From Eledone cirrhosa (taxonomy: Eukaryota), in contig OZ024741.1 of assembly GCA_964016885.1 (NCBI GenBank), positions 27,280,001 to 27,344,000 of the forward strand: DNA of 64,000 nucleotides, written 5' to 3'. The position numbers were made by a program, and so were the translations under genes. Positions 43,601 through 56,070 of this stretch are shown piece by piece; positions within the stretch are counted from its first letter, which is position 1; the number at the start of each line of letters is the position of its first letter. The notes under the pieces are model-generated. The model was not told the DNA's origin. It did no database searches and saw only the letters and a program-made list of their open reading frames with translations.

Positions 43601-46600
43601 GTATTATTATGTAGAGCTAAAAGTATTATTATATATAGGTAAAAGTATTATTATGTAGAGGTAAAAGTATTATTATATATAGGTAAAAGTATTATTATGT
43701 AGAGGTAAAAGTATTATTATGTAGAGGTAAAAGTATTATTATGTAGAGGTAAAAGTATTATTATATATAGGTAAAAGTATTATTATGTAGAGGTAAAAGT
43801 ATTATTATGTAAAAGTATTATTATTTAGAGGTAAAAGTATTATTATGTATAGGTAAAAGTATTATTATGTATAGGTAAAAGTATTATTATGTAGAGGTAA
43901 AAGTATTATTATGTAGAGGTAAAAGTATTATTATGTATAGGTAAAAGTATTATTATGTAGAGGTAAAAGTATTATTATGTAGAGGTAAAAGTATTATTAT
44001 GTATAGGTAAAAGTATTATTATATATAGGTAAAAATATTATTATGTAGAGGTAAAAGTATTATTATGTAGAGGTAAAAGTATTATTATGTAGAGGTAAAA
44101 GTATTATTATGTATAGGTAAAAGTATTATTATGTATAGGTAAAAGTATTATTATGTAGAGGTAAAAGTATTATTATGTAGAGGTAAAAGTATTATTATAT
44201 ATAAGTAAAAGTATTATTATGTAGAGGTAAAAGTATTATTATGTAGAGGTAAAAGTATTATTATTTAGAGGTAAAAGTATTATTATGTAGAGCTAAAAGT
44301 ATTATTATATATAGGTAAAAGTATTATTATGTAGAGGTAAAAGTATTATTATATATAGGTAAAAGTATTATTATGTAGAGGTAAAAGTATTATTATGTAG
44401 AGGTAAAAGTATTATTATGTAGAGGTAAAAGTATTATTATATATAGGTAAAAGTATTATTATGTAGAGGTAAAAGTATTATTATGTAAAAGTATTATTAT
44501 TTAGAGGTAAAAGTATTATTATGTATAGGTAAAAGTATTATTATGTATAGGTAAAAGTATTATTATGTAGAGGTAAAAGTATTATTATGTAGAGGTAAAA
44601 GTATTATTATGTATAGGTAAAAGTATTATTATGTAGAGGTAAAAGTATTATTATGTAGAGGTAAAAGTATTATTATGTATAGGTAAAAGTATTATTATAT
44701 ATAGGTAAAAATATTATTATGTAGAGGTAAAAGTATTATTATGTAGAGGTAAAAGTATTATTATGTAGAGGTAAAAGTATTATTATGTATAGGTAAAAGT
44801 ATTATTATGTATAGGTAAAAGTATTATTATGTAGAGGTAAAAGTATTATTATGTAGAGGTAAAAGTATTATTATGTAGAGGTAAAAGTATTATTATGTAT
44901 AGGTAAAAGTATTATTATGTAGAGGTAAAAGTATTATTATGTAGAGGTAAAAGTATTATTATGTAGAGGTAAAAGTATTATTATATATAGGTAAAAGTAT
45001 TATTATATATAGGTAAAAATATTATTATGTAGAGGTAAAAGTATTATTATGTAGAGGTAAAAGTATTATTATGTAGAGGTAAAAGTATTATTATGTATAG
45101 GTAAAAGTATTATTATGTATAGGTAAAAGTATTATTATGTAGAGGTAAAAGTATTATTATGTAGAGGTAAAAGTATTATTATGTAGAGGTAAAAGTATTA
45201 TTATGTATAGGTAAAAGTATTATTATGCAGAGGTAAAAGTATTATTATGTAGAGGTAAAAGTATTATTATGTAGAGGTAAAAGTATTATTATGTAGAGGT
45301 AAAAGTATTATTATGTATAGGTAAAAGTATTATTATGTAGAGGTAAAAGTATTATTATGTATAGGTAAAAGTATTATTATGTAGAGGTAAAAGTATTATT
45401 ATGTATAGGTAAAAGTATTATTATGTAGAGGTAAAAGTATTATTATGTAGAGGTAAAAGTATTATTATGTAGAGGTAAAAGTATTATTATGTAGAGGTAA
45501 AAGTATTATTATGTAGAGGTAAAAGTATTATTATGTAGAGGTAAAAGTATTATTATGTAGAGGTAAAAGTATTATTATGTAGAGGTAAAAGTATTATTAT
45601 GTAGAGGTAAAAGTATTATTATATATAAGTAAAAGTATTATTATGTAGAGGTAAAAGTATTATTATGTAGAGGTAAAAGTATTATTATGTAGAGGTAAAA
45701 GTATTATTATTTAGAGGTAAAAGTATTATTATGTAGAGGTAAAAGTATTATTATATATAGGTAAAAGTATTATTATGTAGAGGTAAAAGTATTATTATGT
45801 AGAGGTAAAAGTATTATTATGTAGAGGTAAAAGTATTATTATGTAGAGGTGAAAGTATTATTATGTATAGGTAAAAGTATTATTATGTAGAGGTAAAAGT
45901 ATTATTATATATAGGTAAAAGTATTATTATGTAGAGGTAAAAGTATTATTATGTAGAGGTAAAAGTATTATTATGTAGAGGTAAAAGTATTATTATGTAG
46001 AGGTAAAAGTATTATTATGTAGAGGTAAAAGTATTATTATATATAGGTAAAAGTATTATTATGTAGAGGTAAAAGTATTATTATGTAGAGGTAAAAGTAT
46101 TATTATGTATAAGTAAAAGTATTATTATATATAGGTAAAAGTATTATTATGTAGAGGTAAAAGTATTATTATATATAGGTAAAAGTATTATTATGTAGAG
46201 GTAAAAGTATTATTATGTAGAGGTAAAAGTATTATTATGTAGAGGTAAAAGTATTATTATATATATGTAAAAGTATTATTATGTAGAGGTAAAAGTATTA
46301 TTATGTAAAAGTATTATTATTTAGAGGTAAAAGTATTATTATGTAGAGGTAAAAGTATTATTATGTAGAGGTAAAAGTATTATTATGTATAGGTAAAAGT
46401 ATTATTATGTAGAGGTAAAAGTATTATTATGTAGAGGTAAAAGTATTATTATGTAGAGGTAAAAGTATTATTATGTATAGGTAAAAGTATTATTATGTAG
46501 AGGTAAAAGTATTATTATGTATAGGTAAAAGTATTATTATATATAGGTAAAAATATTATTATGTAGAGGTAAAAGTATTATTATGTAGACGTAAAAGTAT

Positions 46601-48520
46601 TATTATGTAGAGGTAAAAGTATTATTATGTATAGGTAAAAGTATTATTATGTAGAGGTAAAAGTATTATTATGTAGAGGTAAAAGTATTATTATGTAGAG
46701 GTAAAAGTATTATTATGTAGAGGTAAAAGTATTATTATGTATAGGTAAAAGTATTATTATGTAGAGGTAAAAGTATTATTATGTAGAGGTAAAAGTATTA
46801 TTATGTATAGGTAAAAGTATTATTATGTAGAGGTAAAAGTATTATTATGTATAGGTAAAAGTATTATTATGTAGAGGTAAAAGTATTATTATGTATAGGT
46901 AAAAGTATTATTATGTAGAGGTAAAAGTATTATTATGTAGAGGTAAAAGTATTATTATGTAGAGGTAAAAGTATTATTATGTAGAGGTAAAAGTATTATT
47001 ATGTAGAGGTAAAAGTATTATTATGTAGAGGTAAAAGTATTATTATGTAGAGGTAAAAGTATTATTATGTAGAGGTAAAAGTATTATTATGTAGAGGTAA
47101 AAGTATTATTATATATAAGTAAAAGTATTATTATGTAGAGGTAAAAGTATTATTATGTAGAGGTAAAAGTATTATTATGTAGAGGTAAAAGTATTATTAT
47201 TTAGAGGTAAAAGTATTATTATGTAGAGGTAAAAGTATTATTATATATAGGCAAAAGTATTATTATGTAGAGGTAAAAGTATTATTATGTAGAGGTAAAA
47301 GTATTATTATGTAGAGGTAAAAGTATTATTATGTAGAGGTGAAAGTATTATTATGTATAGGTAAAAGTATTATTATGTAGAGGTAAAAGTATTATTATAT
47401 ATAGGTAAAAGTATTATTATGTAGAGGTAAAAGTATTATTATGTAGAGGTAAAAGCATTATTATGAAGAGGTAAAAGTATTATTATGTAGAGGTAAAAGT
47501 ATTATTATGTAGAGGTAAAAGTATTATTATATATAGGTAAAAGTATTATTATGTAGAGGTAAAAGTATTATTATGTAGAGGTAAAAGTATTATTATGTAG
47601 AGGTAAAAGTATTATTATGTAGAGGTAAAAGTATTATTATATATAGGTAAAAGTATTATTATATATAGGTAAAAGTATTATTATGTAGAGGTAAAAGTAT
47701 TATTATGTAGAGGTAAAAGTATTATTATGTAGAGGTAAAAGTATTATTATATAGAGGTAAAAGTATTATTATGTAGAGGTAAAAGTATTATTATGTAAAA
47801 ATATTATTATGTAGAGGTAAAAGTATTATTATGTAGAGGTAAAAGTATTATTATATAGAAGTAAAAGTATTATTATGTAGAGGTAAAAGTATTATTATGT
47901 AGAGGTAAAAGTATTATTATGTAGAGGTAAAAGTATTATTATGTAGAGGTAAAAGTATTATTATGTAGAGGTAAAAGTATTATTATATAGAGGTAAAAGT
48001 ATTATTATGTAGAGGTAAAGGTATTATTATGTAGAGGTAAAAGTATTATTATCAGAGGTAAAAGTATTATTATGTAGAGGTAAAAGTATTATTATGTAGA
48101 AGTAAAAGTATTATTATGTAGAGGTAAAAGTATTATTATGTAGAGGTAAAAGTATTATTATGTATAGGTAAAAGTATTATTATGAATGGGTAAAAGTATT
48201 ATTATGTAGAGGTAAAAGTATTATTATGTATAGGTAAAAGTATTATTATGTAGAGGTAAAAGTATTATTATGTAGAAGTAAAAGTATTATTATGTAGAGG
48301 TAAAAGTATTATTATATATAGGTAAAAGTATTAATAGAGGTGAAAGTATTATTATGTATGGATAAAAGTATTATTATGTAGAGGTAAAAGTATTATTATA
48401 TATAGGTAAAAGTATTATTATGTAGAGGTAAAAGTATTATTATATAGAGGTAAAAGTATTATGTATGGGTAAAAGTATTTTTATGTATAGGTAAAAGTAT
48501 TATTATGTAGAGGTAAAAGT
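37685..48520. repeat. ~10.8 kb satellite, 22-bp unit GTAAAAGTATTATTATGTAGAG (~490 copies)
   Basis: Directly visible; variants ATATAG, GTATAG and 16-bp deletion units; higher-order blocks. Confidence 0.98.
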
Positions 48521-48694
48521 TTAAGAAGTTCTTTTCACACCTTTCAGAGTCTGAGTTCAATTCCACAACATCACATCTTTCTCTGACATCTTTCTCTGGT
48601 GTATGTCTTTCAATATAAACTTTATTTATTCAAACCTTCTGAGGGAAATTTCATATACAAAACCTATGTGGAAGCCTCATAGATCTTGGAATAT

Positions 48695-49448
48695 TCTAGG
48701 ATGCCTGTATCTGTAGCAACAACACTGCACCAGATGTAGGACTAGTTGGTACTCCATTCTAGGTTTAGGATGTCTGTATCTGTAGCAACAACACTGCACC
48801 AGATGTAGGACTAGTTGGTACTCCATTCTAGGTTTAGGATGTCTGTATCTGTAGCAACAACACTGCACCAGATGTAGGACTAGTTGGTACTCCATTCTAG
48901 GTTTAGGATGTATGTATCTGTAGCAACAACACTGCACCAGATGTAGGACTAGTTGGTACTCCATTCTAGGTTTAGGATGTCTGTATCTGTAGCAACAACA
49001 CTGCACCAGATGTAGGACTAGTTGGTACTCCATTCTAGGTTTAGGATGTCTGTATCTGTAGCAACAACACTGCACCAGATGTAGGACTAGTCAGTACTCC
49101 ATTCTAGGTTTAGGATGTCTGTATCTGTAGCAACAACACTGCACCAGATGTAGGACTAGTTGGTACTCCATTCTAGGTTTAGGATGTATGTATCTGTAGC
49201 AACAACACTGCACCAGATGTAGGACTAGTTGGTACTCCATTCTAGGTTTAGGATGTCTGTATCTGTAGCAACAACACTGCACCAGATGTAGGACTAGTTG
49301 GTACTCCATTCTAGGTTTAGGATGTCTGTATCTGTAGCAACAACACTGCACCAGATGTAGGACTAGTTGGTACTCCATTCTAGGTTTAGGATGTCTGTAT
49401 CTGTAGCAACAACACTGCACCAGATGTAGGACTAGTCAGTACTCCATT
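48695..49448. repeat. 69-bp tandem repeat, ~11 near-identical copies
   Basis: Unit TTCTAGGTTTAGGATGTCTGTATCTGTAGCAACAACACTGCACCAGATGTAGGACTAGTTGGTACTCCA; no spacers. Confidence 0.96.
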
Positions 49449-50595
49449 GTGGGTCTAGGGTGCCTGAATGTGTTGCAGTAGCAGCAAGCATGTGTGGTGG
49501 TAGTGTGTGTGCTCTGATTGATCTATTTTGGTTCTGGATATTTAGTTAGAAGCATTTCATTAAGTTCTTTTCTCTGTAATTCAATATGTTATGACTGAGC
49601 ATTAGGGAATTTTACCTTCTTCTCTTGGGAAATATTATTTCTCACGTGATTTACTCCCTGACAATTTTTATTCCCATAAACAATCATAAATACTCATGTA
49701 GCCCCCTTTTTAACTCATATATATTCATATATAGTGTTAGACATATAGCCAAGTAGTTATATATGTGTGTATGTGTACAGTTATACCTACACACATATTT
49801 ACACACACTGACACATACACACACAACTGGTATAACCTTGTATATGGTGGTAAGTTTTGCCAAAGCCAAATGTTATGAAATCTGATAGTTTGATAATTAA
49901 CCTTCATGTAGAACTCTCCTGTAATAAAAATAGAATCAAAGCAAACATTAATGAAATCAAGAAAAGAGACTTCAAAGACTAAAGAGGGAAATATTTGTTA
50001 TTTCAATCATCAAAGAAGTTATTTTGATACAGTGTCTTTTCTGCTCTTCTATCCATAAACCACTGAATTATTAGACAATGTAAATTCATAAGAAGACATT
50101 AACGACATCTTAAAATGGCATTTACTACAATCTTCTGGCCTGCTTTCTTCCCCTTTGTCTTATTATACTAACTAGATACTTTCACCTACATTTTTTTAGT
50201 GGCCCTTTCATAATCAACTTCCTAACTAAACGATAGTGTTAAAGATCAAAATAGTCTCGCTTGGTCAATAAAAATTGTTTTCATTTGATGGTGAAATCTT
50301 GTTAGTCAAAGATCTTTTTTTTATTGACCAATGTATTTGTTAGTTAACAAATATTGGTGTTGTTGGTATTGTTGACAATCTCAATAAATATGGCCATTCT
50401 TTATTGATTGGTCAGTTAGTAATTGTTCTTCTGGTAGTCACACAACTTACCTGGAGAGCTCTTTATTAAATATGGATTGATTACTTAAAATAATGCCAGG
50501 AAAGGTGCATCCAACCGTAAAACATTACCTCTAAAACAACCCCATGATGTTTATAAAACCTGTATGAGACCTGCAAAGCTAACTCCTAAAACAAA

Positions 50596-50788
50596 TGTTT
50601 GTTGTTGTTGTGCTGGTTGTTGATGATGTTGTAACAGTTATTGTTGTTGTTGTACTGGTTATTGTTGATGTTGTTGTAACAGTTGTTGTTGTTGTCGTAC
50701 TGGTTGATGTTGTTGTTGTTGTTGTACTAGGTGTTGTGTTTGTTGTTGTTCTTGTTGTTGTGCTGGTTGTTGTGTTGGTTGTTGTTGT
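50596..50788. repeat. Degenerate (GTT)n array
   Basis: Directly visible. Confidence 0.9.
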
Positions 50789-51261
50789 CTCTATCATTTA
50801 AATGAATAACACTTTAAGCATTTTATTGATTAGTGAAACATTTGTAATATCCCTCCATCAGCTTTACCAATGAGTGGTCCAGTTGTTTGGTCAGTGAAAT
50901 CACCTACTCATTAAATTAATATACAAGTGGCTGAGTATTCCACCCATATATGTACCTATAACAGAATCCTAAATAGGATTCAACACAACACGATGTAGTC
51001 AAAGAAATATAGTCTTCCAAATATACAACTGTTTTTCAAGACATGGTCGTTTGACCTGTTAGAAATAGCAGCCAAATCTCCCTCAAATCATACTTTACTA
51101 TCTTTAAAAAAACTAAGCAACAAACAACATTGAGCAATTTAGTCCTAGATGCAATGAAAAAATATATATGTTAGTCATGGTTGGAATGTCTTTGATTATT
51201 GGTCAGTTGAGTGAAGACATACAATAATATTATTTTCCAAAATATTATTTGTTTTGTGAAA

Positions 51262-51448
51262 TAATTGTTTCTACTTTAGGCACAAGGCCAGCAATTACCC
51301 AGTACATTACTGGTACTTTATTTTATCGACCCCATAAGGATGAAAGGCAAAGTTAACCTCGGCGGAATTTGAACTCAAACTGTAAAGGGCCGTAACTATG
51401 CTAGAAAGCATGGCGTCCAACCCTCTACCGATACTGCCAATTCACCGC
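51262..51448 (-). mobile_element. Full-length tRNA-derived SINE (Nin-domain-like core) with target-site duplication
   Basis: Reverse complement of the 57950-58140 element; TGTGAAATAAT flanks both ends (51255-51265 and 51449-51459). Confidence 0.85.
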
Positions 51449-51620
51449 TGTGAAATAATATTGGTATATTAGTCAGATTGACCTAGATATTGATCTATTG
51501 ATCAGTGAAATATTTTCTTTAATATTATCTGTAATATTATATATGTAAATAACATTAACAGTTTGATAATAGAAAAACATTGTATCTATCAGTTAAGTTA
51601 AATATATATATATATATATA

Positions 51621-52250
51621 TCATCATCATCATCGTTTAACGTCCATTTTCTACACTAACATGAGTTAGATGAGTTACCCCGTTGTGAGATAAGCCAGGT
51701 CTGATGACCATGTCTTGCTCATACAGGACCGGTTTTGGTTTCTATAGCTGGACACTTTTTGTCATGACACCTACTTGACCACTTTACAGTGTGGACTGGG
51801 GGCTTTTTTGTCATGTCACCATCACGACCACTTTACAGTGTGGACTGGGTGCTTTTTGTCATGTCACCATCACGACCACTTTACAGTGTGGACTGGGTGC
51901 TTTTTGTCATGTCACCATCACGTCCACTTTACAGTGTGGACTGGGTGCTTTTTGTCATGTCACCATCACGACCACTTTACAGTGTGGACTAGGTGCTTTT
52001 TGTCATGTCACCATCACGTCCACTTTACATTGTGGACTGGGGGCTTTTTGTCATGTCGCTATCATGACCACTTTACAGTGTGGGCTGGGGGCTTTATTGG
52101 AGGAGGTGTGTGGGGATTGGGGAGGTTTATATAGGGGCGGAGTGTTAGGGGGTGGAGGTGAAGGTGGTGTATTTATGTTTTGTCAAAAGAAACCTTCAGT
52201 TTTCTGTCCATTCTTTGTTGTGATATTGTCTTACATGACCAACAGGGAGG
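51621..52250 (-). mobile_element. RTE 3' end whose UTR holds a 48-bp minisatellite (~6.5 copies, 51775-52095)
   Basis: (CAT)n-CGTTTAACGTCCATTTTC terminal motif; unit CCACTTTACAGTGTGGACTGGGTGCTTTTTGTCATGTCACCATCACGA. Confidence 0.82.
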
Positions 52251-52274
52251 TTCTCAGTTTGTTCCATAGGGTAG

Positions 52275-52405
52275 ATAGGCTATGGAGTTAAAAAGTTTGC
52301 TTTGCAAAAACATGATCCTAGGTTCTATCCCACTATCTAGGACCTTGCACAAGTGACTTCTACCAACCTTTGGGTTGACATATGCCAACAAAACTGTAAA
52401 GAAGC
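52275..52405 (+). mobile_element. Degenerate tRNA-derived SINE fragment
   Basis: GGTTCTATCCCAC...ACCTTGCACAAGTG...GGGTTGAC, similar to 53090-53245. Confidence 0.5.
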
Positions 52406-53087
52406 TTGTTTTGTACTGAGGTGCTGGAAAGTTCCTGGTTTTATGGGTATCACAAAAAGGTAGAGCTGTTACCTTTACAGCGGGTAGGGCTGCTGTAATA
52501 AGTGTGTGAATCTGAGAGAGGATATAAATATACAGATAATGTAATGAGATAAATAAACATATACACCAGGTCCAAACACTATGGAACCAAACTCCCACTG
52601 ATCCTTCTGTATATTCTTTTACCCACATCCAGGAAGTTTTCAGCACATTGCATGCGTGTTTGTTTGTGTGTAAGCATAAATGCCCATTTATCCCCCTCTC
52701 TCTTTCTCTCTCTTTCTTACGTTCTTTCTCTCTCTCACTGTCTCTCCCACTCTCTTCTTTATTCCCTCTTACTCTCTTATGCCACCACCCACCCTCTCTC
52801 TCTTTAACAAAACCTAGTTGGTTCTTTTCTAAAAATAAAAATATTCATAAATTAATTCTACTGTAGTTCATTAGTAATATGGAGTTAATTGAATTTGAAA
52901 TGTGAAGAAACAACACTGCCATTAATTAGTGCACTCTATAATTATTAATGAAGTAAATTATCCATGCTGAGAAGCTTGTGATGAGAGGAGGAGGAGGGAC
53001 AGGATGAGGGGAGAGGCAGAAGAGTTTGTCTTGTTTACTCAATAATTATCTTATCTCCACACACATATATACACTCATACTACCACA

Positions 53088-53245
53088 GCTGGGTTGGATG
53101 GTTAACAGGTTAGCATTGCAATCATTGGATCCTGAGTTCAATCCCACTGTATGGTATCTTGGGCAAGAACCATTTACCTTGGTCACAGGTTGACCCATGC
53201 CTTTTGAGTGAAATTGAGTAGATGGGAACTGTTTGGAAGCCCATT
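53088..53245 (+). mobile_element. tRNA-derived SINE with CTTGGGCAAG core
   Basis: B-box GAGTTCAATCCC followed by ATCTTGGGCAAG, a CORE-like motif. Confidence 0.6.
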
Positions 53246-53249
53246 TACA

Positions 53250-53660
53250 TTCTTCTTCTTCGCCCACTTATTCCTGAGAGGGTCATGGGAGCAGAGCCCT
53301 CAAACATTCCTTCCAGCAGGTCCTGTCAGAAACAATCATCTCCAACAATCTGACTGGATCCACAAACGAGACCAACCAAGCTCGTTGATGTTATCCAACG
53401 ATCTTGCTCGGGGTCTACTCCTGGGTCTCCTGCTGGTTGGTTTTGCTCATAAAATCTGCTCAGCGATTCTTTCCTGAGATATCCTAACCACATGTCCATA
53501 GTATCAGAGCTGTGATCTCTCAATTCAGAGAAGTAGTGACTCTGCCTGGAGTGACACTCTCATCTCCAAGCTATGCACTCTATTAAGTAGCGTTACTCCA
53601 AAGACCCTTCAGAGGAACCCCATTTTACCTACATGTATTCACGATCATACTCTTTCGGTC
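53250..53660 (-). mobile_element. 3' fragment of a different RTE-clade LINE
   Basis: Minus reading IERSQL*YYGHVVRISQERIAEQIL*AKPTSRRPRSRPRARSLDNINELGWSRLWI...SDRTCWKE; short (GAA)n tail. Confidence 0.78.
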
Positions 53661-54101
53661 TGTAATTCATAAATTCAGCCTCCTCATACACTGTGTCATG
53701 CTGAATCTCCCTGAGAATTAGATTAAGAGTACACGTGGCTGTTAAATAGTTAATCACTTGCATGTTAATTTCATGAGCAGGTTGTTCTGTTGATCAAACA
53801 ATAGACGTCCATTCCACATGTAGTAAATGTTTTCTGGGGAGGGGGTGTTTGACTATTATCATCACCATCAGCATCCTCATCATCATCATTGTTATAGCTA
53901 CTTTTCCATACAACCATCACCACTACCTGCATTAGTTGGACAACACTACCACCACAACCACCACCACCACTACCTCCACCACCACAATAACACCAATGAC
54001 CTAACCCATTGATTATGTAGACCATCAATAAATCCATATGATTAACCCCAGTGTCAGTTGTGGAGGATCTCAAGAAGAAGCCAGTCATTTGGGCTGGAAT
54101 A

Positions 54102-54111
54102 ACTACAACTG

Positions 54112-54149
<38 letters not shown>

Positions 54150-55133
54150 GCTACTACAACTGCTGCTACTACTACTGCTGCTGCTACTACTACTACTACT
54201 ACTACTACTGCTACTACTACTGCTACTACTACTGCTGCTACTACTACTACTACTACAACTGCTACTACTACTACTACTACTACTGCTACTACTACTACTA
54301 CTGCTGCTACTGCTGCTACTACTGCTGCTGCTACTACTACTACTGCTACTATTACTACTGCTAATACTGCTACTACTGCTGCTACTATTGCTGCTACAAC
54401 TGCTGCTATTGCTACTACTACTGCTGCTACTACTGCTGCTACTACTACTACTACTACTACAACTGCTGCTATTGCTACTACTACTACTACTACTGTTGCT
54501 GCTACTGCTGCTGCTACTGCTGCTGCTACAACTACTGCTACTGCTGCTGCTACAACTGCTGCTGCTACTACTACTGCTACTACTACTGTTGCTGCTGCTA
54601 CTACTGCTGCTACTACTACTGTTGCTGCTGCTACTACTGCTGCTGCTACTACTGCTGCTAGTACTGTTGCTGCTGCTACCTCTGCTGCTGCTGCTGCTAC
54701 TACTGCTGCTACTACAACTGCTCTTACTACTACTACTGCTACTACTGTTGCTACTATTACTACTGCTGCTACTACTGCTACTGCTGCTACTATTGCTGCT
54801 GCTGCTACTACTGCTGCTGCTGCTGCTGTTGCTACTACTGCTGCTGCTGCTACTACTGCTGCTACTATTACTACTACTACTATTGCTGCTGCTACTACTA
54901 CTACTACTACTACTTCTAATACTAATACTACTACTGATGCTACTACTACTGCTGCTACTATTACTACTGTTGCTGCTACTACTACTGCTGCTGCTAGTAC
55001 TCTACTACTACTACTACTACTACTACTACTGTTACTGCTGCTACTACTACTACTGCTGCTGTTGCGAACACTACCACTGCTACTAATACTACAACTACTA
55101 CTACTGCTGATGTTACTACTACTGCTGCTGTTG

Positions 55134-55194
<61 letters not shown>

Positions 55195-55232
55195 TACTAC
55201 TACTACTCTTACTACTACTACTACTGTTACTA
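54102..55232. repeat. (ACT/GCT)n compound triplet array
   Basis: Directly visible. Confidence 0.95.
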
Positions 55233-55396
55233 TGGCGATGGCATGGCTGGTGGTATGAAGGTGGTCAATGAGGCTATAACTTATGACTGCCACCATTCCT
55301 AAACCACATCACCACCACTACTGGTCATTTGATAAACTCTCTCTCTCTCTCACTCTCTTTCTCTCTCTCTCTCTCTACCATCATACCATTTATTAA

Positions 55397-55601
55397 CCCT
55401 TTAGCATTTAAATCAGCCGTATCCAGCCAGAGTTCTCTCACCTCCTTCTGTTTAATCCAGCTGTAACTGGCCACTCATACTGATGTTAAGGTTCTGTTCT
55501 CAAAATAAATAATATCAAAATCTCATAGATTCGATATTCTGTGAGAAGCTTTTACCGTGAAAATACAATAGTGAATTTAGTATAATGTAAATGGTAAAGG
55601 G
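55397..55601 (+). mobile_element. piggyBac-like MITE, complete 205-bp copy
   Basis: TTAA|CCCTTTAGCATTT...AAATGGTAAAGGG|TTAA: 13-bp TIR with one mismatch and TTAA TSD. Confidence 0.85.
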
Positions 55602-55697
55602 TTAAACACAATACCACTGACTTCAAATCTATAATAATCTAGATAACCATAAAAATGATAAGATTACACAAACATAAAACACCAATAGTAGAGATAA

Positions 55698-55806
55698 TAA
55701 TTGTTTCTACTTTTGGCACAAGGCCATCAATAATAACCCAGTGCATTACTGGTACTTTATTTTATCGACCCCGTAAGGATGAAAGGCAAAGTTAACCTTG
55801 GCGGGA
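55698..55806 (-). mobile_element. Truncated SINE (3' half, same family as 57950-58140)
   Basis: CTGGTACTTTATTTTATCGACCCCGTAAGGATGAAAGGCAAAGTTAAC core. Confidence 0.8.
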
Positions 55807-55860
55807 TAGTAAAAAATATAAGAACAATAAAATAAACACAAATATACCTAAACTCTTTAA

Positions 55861-56070
55861 CCCTTTAGCATTTAAACTGGCCATATCCAGCCAGAATTCT
55901 CTCACCTCTTTCTGTTTAATCCAGCTGTAACTGGCCACTCATACTGATGTTAAGGTTCTGTTCTCAAAATAAATAATATCAAAATCTAGTAGATTCGATA
56001 TTATGTGAGATAATTATCTAAGGTAAAGCCTTTATCGTGAAAATACAATAGTATATCTAAACTATAATAA
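55861..56070 (+). mobile_element. piggyBac-like MITE copy lacking the right TIR
   Basis: TTAA|CCCTTTAGCATTTAAA start; near-identical body to 55397-55570. Confidence 0.8.

Noticed and set aside
37685-48520. Telomeric or centromeric repeat
   Set aside because: No TTAGGG; embedded among ordinary intronic-type repeats; nothing in the sequence supports centromere function.
48695-49448. CRISPR-like array or Cys-rich repeat protein
   Set aside because: Head-to-tail identical units without unique spacers, no cas genes, eukaryotic context, and in-frame stops.
54051-55271. Thr/Ala-rich antifreeze-glycoprotein or mucin-like ORF
   Set aside because: Irregular ACT/GCT microsatellite without strict AAT periodicity; phase shifts into poly-Leu; no gene structure.
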